A DNA stretch of 64,000 bases. Source: Otariodibacter sp. Lineage in GTDB: Bacteria > Pseudomonadota > Gammaproteobacteria > Enterobacterales > Pasteurellaceae. Location: contig NZ_JARIDQ010000002.1 of NCBI RefSeq assembly GCF_029256985.1, positions 13 through 64,012 of the forward strand, written 5' to 3'. The position numbers were made by a program, and so were the translations under genes. Numbering within the stretch: the first letter of the stretch is position 1; each line of letters opens with the position of its first letter. The notes under the pieces were generated by a model. The model saw only the letters and a list, made by a program, of their open reading frames with translations, had not been told where the DNA came from and did no database searches. Positions 56,092 through 64,000 of the stretch are shown piece after piece.

Positions 56092-56121
56092 AAAAAGAAC
56101 CCACTACTAATGGATTCTTTT
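56092..56121 (-). terminator. hns terminator
   Basis: The minus-strand reading is AAGAATCCAttagtagTGGGTTCTTTTTTTATTTT (one mismatch in the stem). Confidence 0.7.
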
Positions 56122-56151
56122 CAAAAAATAACTCTATAACGAAGTAAGTAC

Positions 56152-56556
56152 CTAAATTTCGAAATCTTCCAAAGACTTACCAGCATCTAGTGCTTTTTGT
56201 AATGCCTTCGGTGTTCTTCCTTGACCTGTCCATGTTTTTTCAATCCCATTATCCATAAATTTATATTTAGGAGGGCGAGGAGAACGAGATTCACGCTTTT
56301 TACCTGATAAAGAACCTCCCAATAATAATACGAGTTCTTCAGCAGAAATACCATCTTGTGCTAATAATTCTTTATATTTATTTAAGCTCTCCTGACGTTT
56401 TGCTTCTTCTGCTTCTAATACTCTAATTTCTTCGCGCTTCTCCTCTACAACAGTATTTACCTTTTCGAGCAATAATTCTAACTGTTCCAATGAAGACTCT
56501 CTTGCAAGTGCTCTCAAGCTACGAATATTTGATAATGTTTTGATTAAATCTGACAT
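56152..56556 (-). CDS. hns: H-NS family nucleoid-associated protein
   Basis: 134 aa with an N-terminal coiled coil and the C-terminal DNA-binding motif TWTGQGRTPKA. Confidence 0.92.
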   Translation of the reverse strand: MSDLIKTLSNIRSLRALARESSLEQLELLLEKVNTVVEEKREEIRVLEAEEAKRQESLNKYKELLAQDGISAEELVLLLGGSLSGKKRESRSPRPPKYKFMDNGIEKTWTGQGRTPKALQKALDAGKSLEDFEI

Positions 56557-56794
56557 TAATACACTCCTAGAAATTTAATTTTTAAATATTTTATATATTA
56601 TATATTTTATATTAACTCAATATTTTTTTTTGGTAAATATAATCTTTAAAATCTCTGCAATTTTTATTATAACAAATAGGATATATTTGTATTTGAAATT
56701 GAACGTATTCTATCTTACTTTTATTTTAAATAAAATTTCACCATTTTTCACTTGGCAAGTATGATTTATTAATGTAATCTACTTCTGTCCTACA

Positions 56795-56970
56795 AATTGT
56801 AGAGGTGCAAATATTATAAGTATTTTTTCTGAGTGGAAAACGTTGAAGAAAAAAGAAAGGAATATTTGCCGAAGTTAGTTAAGCGTCATCTTAATTAGCT
56901 GGGGTCGTTATCGAAAGGTGCGACACTGTCACAAGGTAATCATTTTATTACCTTGTGGAGCGCTACTGTT
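56795..56970 (+). promoter_or_regulatory. Lysine riboswitch (L-box)
   Basis: Conserved L-box blocks appear in order: GTAGAGGTGC, GAGTGGAAAA, GAAAGG, TGCCGAAG, CTGGGGTC, GAAAGGTGCGACACTGTCAC, then the P1-closing TGGAGCGCTAC. It lies about 110 nt upstream of the NhaC-family gene. Confidence 0.88.
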
Positions 56971-57080
56971 TAGGCTAGGATTTTTACATTTATCCTTTCC
57001 TTATCTTTATACAGATTTTCAGTAGATCTCTTTCTTTGTTTGACTGTTATTTTATTATCAAAAACAATCCTAGAGGTTTT

Positions 57081-58622
57081 ATGAATTTAATTGATTATTC
57101 AACATCTGCTTGGTCAGTGCTTCCACCACTACTTGCACTACTACTTGCAATATTCACACGAAGAGTAATTATATCTTTAAGTATCGGTATTATAGCTGGA
57201 GCATTAATGCTTAATAATGCTAATGTCACTAATTCTATAATCTACTTAAAAAATACTATATTATCTTTAGTCTATAGTGAAAATAGATTAAATTCGAATA
57301 ACATTAATATTATTCTATTTTTAATATTGTTGGGGATACTCACTGCTTTATTTAGTATCTCTGGTAGTAATCAGGCATTTGCGTCTTGGGTTAAAAATCA
57401 TATCAAAGGAAAGCGAGAAGCAAAATTAATGGCTGCATCATTAGTTTTCTTTACTTTTATTGATGATTATTTCCATAGTCTTGCAGTAGGTGCAATAGCT
57501 CGTCCAGTGACCGACAAATTTAAAGTATCCAGAGCTAAATTAGCCTATATATTAGATTCGACGGCTGCTCCAATGTGTGTATTAATGCCAATTTCTAGTT
57601 GGGGAGCTTATATTATTACTTTAGTTGCAGGATTATTAGCTACATATGGTATAACAGGATACTCTCCTTTAGGTGCCTTTATGACAATGAGTGCAATGAA
57701 TTTGTATGCAATTTTCTCAATTATTATGGTATTTTTAGTTGCGTATTATTCTTTAGATTTTGGCCCAATGCGGCGTTTTGAACAACAAGCTTTGCTAATG
57801 ACTGAGAGTATTAATTTAAATATCGATCAAAATACAGAAGGAAAAGTTCGCAATCTTATTTTGCCCATCGTAGTACTCATTATAGGAACTGTAACTATGA
57901 TGATGATTACAGGTAATCAAGCACTTGCAGAAAATAAAAAAACTTTTGATATTTTAGGTGCATTTGAAAATACAACTGTTGGTATTTCTCTTGTTGTCGG
58001 TGGGATAAGCTCATTAATTACTGCTTCAGTACTTATTATGATTGATAAAAAGATAAATATTAAAGAATATGCATCAATTTATATTATTGGTGCAAAATCA
58101 ATGAGCGGTGCAATTCTTATTTTATTTTTTGCTTGGACAATCAATGGAATTGTAGCAGACATACAAACAGGGAAGTACTTATCTTCTCTCGTTGCAGATA
58201 CGATTAATCCAATATTTCTACCTGTTATTTTATTTATATTAGGCAGTTTTATGGCATTTTCTACAGGAACAAGTTGGGGAACTTTTGGAATTATGCTACC
58301 TATTGCAGCTGCAATGGCAACTAATACAGATCCAAGTTTACTCCTACCTTCACTATCAGCAGTAATGGCTGGAGCAGTATGTGGTGACCATTGTTCACCA
58401 ATTTCAGACACAACTATTCTCTCCTCTACTGGTGCACAATGTAATCACATGGTTCATGTTACATCTCAGTTACCTTATGCTTTAGTTGTTGCAACTACAA
58501 CAGCGATTGGATATTTAATCTTAGGACTCACTAAATCAGCTTTATTAAGCTTCATTACAACAGGCTCACTACTTGCTATATTCATTATCATAGTTAAATC
58601 TAAACAAAATAAAAACAGCTAG
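57081..58622 (+). CDS. NhaC-family Na+/H+ antiporter-type transporter; riboswitch context predicts a lysine transporter (the lysW class proposed from comparative genomics)
   Basis: About 12 TM, NhaC superfamily. I set the start at ATG 57081 (MNLIDYS) with TAGAGG 5 nt upstream. The listed TTG 57036 start adds 15 residues and would begin inside the riboswitch expression platform. Confidence 0.85.
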   Translation: MNLIDYSTSAWSVLPPLLALLLAIFTRRVIISLSIGIIAGALMLNNANVTNSIIYLKNTILSLVYSENRLNSNNINIILFLILLGILTALFSISGSNQAFASWVKNHIKGKREAKLMAASLVFFTFIDDYFHSLAVGAIARPVTDKFKVSRAKLAYILDSTAAPMCVLMPISSWGAYIITLVAGLLATYGITGYSPLGAFMTMSAMNLYAIFSIIMVFLVAYYSLDFGPMRRFEQQALLMTESINLNIDQNTEGKVRNLILPIVVLIIGTVTMMMITGNQALAENKKTFDILGAFENTTVGISLVVGGISSLITASVLIMIDKKINIKEYASIYIIGAKSMSGAILILFFAWTINGIVADIQTGKYLSSLVADTINPIFLPVILFILGSFMAFSTGTSWGTFGIMLPIAAAMATNTDPSLLLPSLSAVMAGAVCGDHCSPISDTTILSSTGAQCNHMVHVTSQLPYALVVATTTAIGYLILGLTKSALLSFITTGSLLAIFIIIVKSKQNKNS

Positions 58623-59299
58623 CTTAAAATAAGCAATAAATTAATTTGCAAAATTGATCTGCTCCCTAAAAGGTAAGATTCAAGCCAACTACTTGAGGGG
58701 CAGATTTTCTATGAAAAAATATATCCAATATTTTAAAAAGTATACCGTAAATCTTTATTTAGATAATCAACAATATATTCCTTTAACCTATTGTTACTTT
58801 AATCTTCTAGAGAAAGCTTTATAGATAATTAACTAAACATCAATATTTTGGAACGAGTAAACTCACCATATAAATACCCTCTAAAATAGTACAATCATTT
58901 GTATAATTTCTTATAAAATATTCACAAAAGGAGTAGTTTTCTGATTTATCACTTTCAATCCACACAAATACAGATAGTATATAGATTTAACAGGTGCTAC
59001 AGTCTGAATTTCGTCCATTACACCAATAATTAAAATTAATTTAGCTTAGTTGTTTAAGATAGCCCCTTAAAATAAAGAGGCTGAGTAAATACAATATCAA
59101 ATATGATCCCTAAAATAACAATCTAATATTTTATATGGTGGATTATTTGACCAATTTTTTCTTATTCTAAAATCTATTGTATTTCAATTAAATACATTGT
59201 TATACAAAATTTATATAAGACATCTTTATACATTTATAAGTTAGTATATAGGCTTGGCTTATAAATAATAGATTAAATGCTATTTTAGTAAACTGTGAA

Positions 59300-60508
59300 T
59301 TAACTAATCACAGATGGAAGTAATCCACTTTGAATTAAGAATGGCACACACATAATAAGTATACCTAAAACTAGAGCTAAGACTAAAGCAACATTTCCAC
59401 CTAAAACACGATATTCTAAATCTGAGTACTTTTTGCGTAACATCCATGCCATACCAACAGGTAATACAAGCCCATAGAATGTAAACATTTGTCCTGCATA
59501 ACTTAAAACACCGAGAAAATCACGGTAGAATAATGCAAATATTAAAACAGGTACGAAAGTCAGTAAGCTTAGAGAAATACGATTCGCTTTAATATTAACA
59601 CGCTTAAGTAAATCATCTAAACAATCAACAAGTGCTAAAGCAACACCTAAATAGGATGTAATTAATGCTAAAGAAGAAAATATACGCACAGATTCACTGA
59701 TAAAACTACTTCCTGTCGCTTGTAATGTTGCCTCAATTAAGCCATTTAATGTCGGATCTTTACTAATAATTTCTACAAATTGTAGTTGTGAAAATACCCC
59801 ATGTGTAGCCATTTGCCATAAGATGTAAGCAATAAGAGGGATTGCGGTACCGCCAATAATAGCAATACGTAAGCGGCGAATATCCCCATCTAAGTAGTTA
59901 TTAATACTAGGGATAACCACATGGAAGCCAAATGATGTAAAGAATACAGGGCTTGCAGAAATGATCACTAAGTATTTTAACGGCATTGCACCTAGATTTT
60001 CTACTGTTGCTAAAGGCAACATCATGTAAAGAACAAAAAAGAATGCAACTAACTTTATTATAAAAAGAACTCGAGTAAAAGCATCAACAGCTTGAGTACC
60101 AATTGTTACGGCAATTGCAAAAAATACAATAAATACTGTAATAGAAACAGTCTCTGCGTTAGCACCTACAAATTCTAGGAATGGAGCAAGTAGATTACCA
60201 CCGCCCAACGCATATACAGTTAAAATTGCATACATAAATATAACAAGTGATAAGGTAGCAAGTACTCGTCCTGCCATCCCAAAATGCTGTTCAGCAAGGG
60301 TCGCAATTCCAGCATCTTTACGTTCTGCTTTTTGATAAACCTCAACAAATAATAAAGCACTATATGAAAGAAGTAACCATAATATAAAGAGTAAGAGCAT
60401 TGTATAACTAAAGCCCATTTCTGCAGAAGTAAGTGGCATAGCTAACATTCCAGCACCAATTGTTGTCCCAGCTACAATTAAAGCACTTCCTAAGGTTTTA
60501 TTTTTCAT
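59300..60508 (-). CDS. tyrP: Aromatic amino acid (tyrosine-specific type) transporter, HAAAP family
   Basis: [26 protein letters not shown] aligns with the E. coli TyrP N-terminus ([26 protein letters not shown]). I set the start at ATG 60508, and tandem TyrR boxes lie upstream. Substrate (Tyr versus Trp) is inferred, not proven. Confidence 0.85.
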   Translation of the reverse strand: [402 protein letters not shown]

Positions 60509-60564
60509 ATGATTACCAAACAAAATAAAAAGATAGAATTATTCTAGCAAACAATAAATTATTT

Positions 60565-60601
60565 TGTAAACATTTTATTACATAGTAATTTGTTTTTTAC
60601 A
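60565..60601. promoter_or_regulatory. Two adjacent TyrR boxes upstream of tyrP
   Basis: Box 1 is TGTAAA-catttt-ATTACA (60565-60582, 11/12 to TGTAAA-N6-TTTACA). Box 2 is AGTAAT-ttgttt-TTTACA (60584-60601, 10/12). They are separated by 1 bp and lie 57-93 bp upstream of the tyrP ATG. Confidence 0.7.
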
Positions 60602-60741
60602 TTTAAATATAAATATAAATGTAATACCTTTGTGTGAAAATTGATATAAATTTGGGATATTAAATAGGCTTTTTATTTAAATTTTGGTAAAGTGGATATA
60701 TCAAAAATATATAGTTAGACTGATTATAGTGAGAAAATGAA

Positions 60742-62130
60742 ATGTACTCATCAAATTTTAATAACCTACTTCTAAATGTCGATAGTTATAAAGCATCCCA
60801 TTGGTTACAATATCCCCCTAATACAGAATATATTTCTTACTATATTGAAGCACGAAAAAGTAGTTTCGATCTCGTTATGTTTGGCTTACAAGCCTTTATC
60901 AAAGAGTATTTACTTACTCCTATTACTCAAGCAGATATTGAACAAGCAGAAATTACACTTACAGCACATGGATTGCCTTTTCATAAAGAAGGTTGGCAAC
61001 GATTACTTAAAAAATATAATGGTTTATTGCCAATTAAAATAGATGCAGTTCCTGAAGGTACAGTATTACCTGTGGGGAATGTTGTATGTCAAATTGTAAA
61101 TACGGATCCTGAATTTTATTGGCTTTCTGGTTATTTAGAAACAGCTCTACTGCGTGCAGTTTGGTATCCTTCGACTGTGGCAAGTATTTCTTATTTCTGT
61201 AAACAAAAAATTAAACAAGCTTTATTAAAGTCTTCAGATACGCTTGATGGTTTAGATTTTCAACTTCATGATTTTGGTGCAAGAGGGGCATCTAGCTTAG
61301 AAACAGTTGCATTAGGTGGTTTGGCTCATTTAGTCAATTTTAGAGGAACGGATAGTGTGTCAGCATTATTGGCTGCTAAACGTTGGTATAACGTGACTAA
61401 AATGCCAGCGTTTTCTATCCCTGCGGCAGAACATAGTACTATCACAGCTTGGGGAAAAGATAATGAGGCCATGGCTTACGATAATATGATTACACAATTT
61501 GCTGGCAAAGATAAAATCTATGCGGTTGTATCAGATAGCTATAATTTATGGAATGCATTGGAAAATATTTGGGGAGAACAACTTCATCAAAAAATTAAAG
61601 AAAAAGGTGGTAGATTAGTTATTCGCCCTGACAGTGGTGATCCGATTGAAATTGTATGTAAAACCCTTGAGATCTTAGCAGAAAAATTTGGGACTACTAT
61701 AAACAGTAAAGGTTATAAGGTCTTGCCTGATTACATTCGTATTATTCAAGGTGATGGAATCAATATGACTTCTCTCGATCCTATTTTAGATGCAATTATG
61801 CAAAAAGGGTTTAGTGCCGAAAATGTCAATTTTGGTATGGGTGGAGGTCTATTACAACAAGTGAATCGAGATACAATGAGCTGGGCAATGAAAGCTAGTG
61901 CAATTTGTATCAATGGCGAATGGAAAGATATTTTCAAAGCTCCTATCACCAGCCAAATGAAACGTTCTAAAAAAGGTATTCAAGCCTTAATTCACGAAAA
62001 TAACCAATGGCAAACCATTCGACAAGATGAACTTGCTGATCGTGAAAATCAATTAAAAACAGTTTTCCTAAATGGTGAGTTATTAGTGGATGAGCATTTA
62101 GATAGTATTCGTAAAAAGACGTTAGGCTAA
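60742..62130 (+). CDS. nadV: Nicotinamide phosphoribosyltransferase
   Basis: 462-aa type II PRTase. It starts NLLLNVDSYKASHW and carries HDFGARG, FSIPAAEHST and IRPDSGDP motifs typical of NadV/NAMPT. Confidence 0.92.
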   Translation: MYSSNFNNLLLNVDSYKASHWLQYPPNTEYISYYIEARKSSFDLVMFGLQAFIKEYLLTPITQADIEQAEITLTAHGLPFHKEGWQRLLKKYNGLLPIKIDAVPEGTVLPVGNVVCQIVNTDPEFYWLSGYLETALLRAVWYPSTVASISYFCKQKIKQALLKSSDTLDGLDFQLHDFGARGASSLETVALGGLAHLVNFRGTDSVSALLAAKRWYNVTKMPAFSIPAAEHSTITAWGKDNEAMAYDNMITQFAGKDKIYAVVSDSYNLWNALENIWGEQLHQKIKEKGGRLVIRPDSGDPIEIVCKTLEILAEKFGTTINSKGYKVLPDYIRIIQGDGINMTSLDPILDAIMQKGFSAENVNFGMGGGLLQQVNRDTMSWAMKASAICINGEWKDIFKAPITSQMKRSKKGIQALIHENNQWQTIRQDELADRENQLKTVFLNGELLVDEHLDSIRKKTLG

Positions 62131-62151
62131 ACTTGATATTTGGAGAGTTAT

Positions 62152-64000
62152 ATGAATAAAAATCAATTGAATAAATTGTTCAAAGAAGGAAAAAAATTAT
62201 TTGATGATGGGAAGTATGATGATTCAATTGAAAAATTAAATCTGTTTTTAAAGCAATTCAATGAGATTGATTCTGAGGAAATAGCAAGTAAAGCAAGTTT
62301 TATTCAACAAAAAATCAATGCGCAATTTTGGTTAGGACGTTGTTATTTAGAGAAAGGGAATAAAGAACCAGATAGTCAGAAAGCACAGAGCCACTATGAT
62401 ACTTCAATAACCCATCATAAACAGCAATTAGTTTTAGCAAAAGTCTTAATCGATTATAAGGAAGAAAAAGGACTGGAAGAGCAAATCTATGCAGAATCTT
62501 GGTTAGGTGGTTGTTATTTAGAGAAAGGAAATAAAGAACCAGATAACCAGAAAGCACAGAGCTACTATGATACTTCAATAACGCATAATAAACAGCGATT
62601 AGATTTAGCAAAAAACTTAACTAGGTATAATGAAGAAAAAGGACTAGAAAAGCAACTTAATGCAAAATCTTTGTTAGGACACTGTTATTTAGAGAAAGGG
62701 AATAAAGAGCCAGATAATCAAAAAGCACAAAGCTACTATGATATATCAATAATTCATTATGAACAACAATTGGCTTTGGCAAAAACATTGACCAATTATG
62801 GTGAAGAGAACGCTTTGAAAGAGAAAGCTTTGAAAAAGCAACTCAATGCACAATTTAGGTTAGGACATTGTTATTTAGCAAAAGGAGAAAATCAAAAAAA
62901 CAGCAATAATTTTGATAAGTCAATAAAATATTTTAATTTTACTTTAAAATTAATTAAAGAAGTTGGAGGGGATTATTTAAAAAAATATAATTATGTGAAA
63001 TATTTTCAACTACAGAGTTATTGGAGGAAATTATCCCTAATAAACAATAGATTATTACTAGCTAAATTTTATATAAAAAAAACACAGCTAGTCTTTTCAA
63101 TGATTGATGGTATCAATAATATAAATTTAAAAAAATCCATATCAAGAATTCAATCTCTTTTATTAATATCTCCTATTGAAATAGATAATATAGCTTTTTC
63201 TCATTATACGACTCCTAGTGTTTGTGAACTATTACTAGGTATAAAACGGGTTTCGAAAGATATAGGTTCAACAGCGATGAGAATGAATAGCTCAAGCTAT
63301 ATGAATGATCCTTTAGAGGGTAAAAGTTTATTAGAATTTTTAAATCAACAAGAATTACAGATTGAAAATAAAATAGATGTAAAAGCACATAATGCATTTT
63401 TTACTTGTTTTTCTAATCGAGTTAATGATCTTAATCAGTTTAGATTATATGGAAAAGTTGATAATGTTGAAGCTTCAGGATGTTGTTTAGTCTTCTCTAA
63501 AGATAAATTAGTTAAATATGAGTATACTAATCCTATAAAGTTAGAAATTAATCAAGATAATACTATAAAGCAGGATAATCAGGATAATATAGATAAAAAA
63601 TCTAATAAGTTACCTCTATATCAAGTAGCTTATATCTTTTATAAAGATGAATATATTAAGAGGGATGAATATGATATTTTCAAAGATAAAAATAAAAAGT
63701 TTGGTATTTACTTAAAACCTGTTAGCAGTAATACTATTTGGGAAGAGTTTAGAAGAGAAAATCTAGCAACAGAATTAGATAACCTACGAAAAATATTAGA
63801 TGAAGAAAATCTATCTGAAGGAGAAAAGTTAAATGCATTAGAATATATTCGGTACTTGTTTAAAGATTATGCATTTAGAGATGAGGAAGAATTTCGCTTA
63901 TTAAGAATTGAGCCAATAGATTCAGAGGATGTCAAATATTGTTTAGATACTAATTCACTCTATTTAGAATATGGTTTTATAGGTGATATGGTTGATGAAG
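62152..64000 (+). CDS. Sel1/TPR-like repeat protein with a C-terminal DUF2971-like domain; 3' end lies beyond the window
   Basis: This ORF is not in the supplied track because it has no stop before base 64000. ATG 62152 lies 7 nt after GGAGAG and 21 nt after the nadV stop. My translation is open for 616 codons. Residues 55-260 hold four 57-aa repeats with core (W/L)LG.CYLEKGNKEPD.QKAQSYYD.SI. Residues 330-616 carry FSHYTT, YMNDPLEG, FFTCFS, DLNQFRLYG, GCCLVFS and FRDEEEFRLL. Confidence 0.8.
   Translation, partial: MNKNQLNKLFKEGKKLFDDGKYDDSIEKLNLFLKQFNEIDSEEIASKASFIQQKINAQFWLGRCYLEKGNKEPDSQKAQSHYDTSITHHKQQLVLAKVLIDYKEEKGLEEQIYAESWLGGCYLEKGNKEPDNQKAQSYYDTSITHNKQRLDLAKNLTRYNEEKGLEKQLNAKSLLGHCYLEKGNKEPDNQKAQSYYDISIIHYEQQLALAKTLTNYGEENALKEKALKKQLNAQFRLGHCYLAKGENQKNSNNFDKSIKYFNFTLKLIKEVGGDYLKKYNYVKYFQLQSYWRKLSLINNRLLLAKFYIKKTQLVFSMIDGINNINLKKSISRIQSLLLISPIEIDNIAFSHYTTPSVCELLLGIKRVSKDIGSTAMRMNSSSYMNDPLEGKSLLEFLNQQELQIENKIDVKAHNAFFTCFSNRVNDLNQFRLYGKVDNVEASGCCLVFSKDKLVKYEYTNPIKLEINQDNTIKQDNQDNIDKKSNKLPLYQVAYIFYKDEYIKRDEYDIFKDKNKKFGIYLKPVSSNTIWEEFRRENLATELDNLRKILDEENLSEGEKLNALEYIRYLFKDYAFRDEEEFRLLRIEPIDSEDVKYCLDTNSLYLEYGFIGDMVDE
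62329..62900 (+). repeat. Coding tandem repeat, 171-bp unit (3 full units plus a partial fourth)
   Basis: Units start at 62329, 62500 and 62671, and at 62857 after a 15-bp in-frame microduplication (GCTTTGAAAGAGAAA / GCTTTGAAAAAGCAA). The first roughly 90 bp of each unit are nearly identical by eye. Confidence 0.9.

Noticed and set aside
62315-63397. Minus-strand ORFs 62315-62611 (98 aa, internally repetitive) and 63215-63397 (60 aa)
   Set aside because: Both are antisense to the much longer open frame on the plus strand (62152 to beyond 64000), which has an SD and recognisable motifs. The repetitiveness of the 98-aa ORF just mirrors the 171-bp coding repeats.

Overview
This is a 64-kb chromosomal segment from a low-GC gammaproteobacterium of the family Pasteurellaceae. 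The assignment rests on gene content and local synteny (lolB-ispE-prs, udk-dcd, lrp-ftsK, rlmE-ftsH, siaP-siaQM-nanM). It is also supported by Actinobacillus-type uptake signal sequences (ACAAGCGGT / ACCGCTTGT) in intergenic spacers. I call 48 protein-coding genes, almost all housekeeping: sucABCD, aceEF-lpdA, metK, prs, pyrD, purEK, purU, clpB, ftsH, ftsK, rnb, fabI and others. I see no rRNA, tRNA, CRISPR array, IS element or integrase. Two riboswitches are recognisable directly from the sequence. One is an FMN (RFN) element with its own terminator ahead of a Bacillus-style ribD-ribE-ribBA-ribH operon. The other is a lysine (L-box) element ahead of an NhaC-family transporter. Protein operators are also readable: a MetJ box at metK, tandem TyrR boxes at tyrP, a sigma-32 promoter at clpB and a CRP-like site at siaP. 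The accessory-looking part is the 3' end. There nadV (nicotinamide phosphoribosyltransferase, the V-factor-independence gene) is followed 21 nt later by a very AT-rich ORF missing from the supplied ORF track because it runs off the window (62152 to beyond 64000). This ORF encodes four tandem 57-aa Sel1/TPR-like repeats fused to a domain carrying the motif series I associate with the uncharacterised DUF2971 family. It is my best candidate for an undescribed system, but it is truncated by the window edge and any partner genes are unseen. Other items worth a look are two long ORF-free AT-rich spacers (about 900 bp upstream of lrp, about 680 bp between the NhaC-family gene and tyrP), a terminator-insulated alpha/beta-hydrolase cassette, and back-to-back inverted USS pairs inside the aceF-lpdA and purE-purK spacers. 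All calls come from reading the sequence and recalling protein families; no database search was run.
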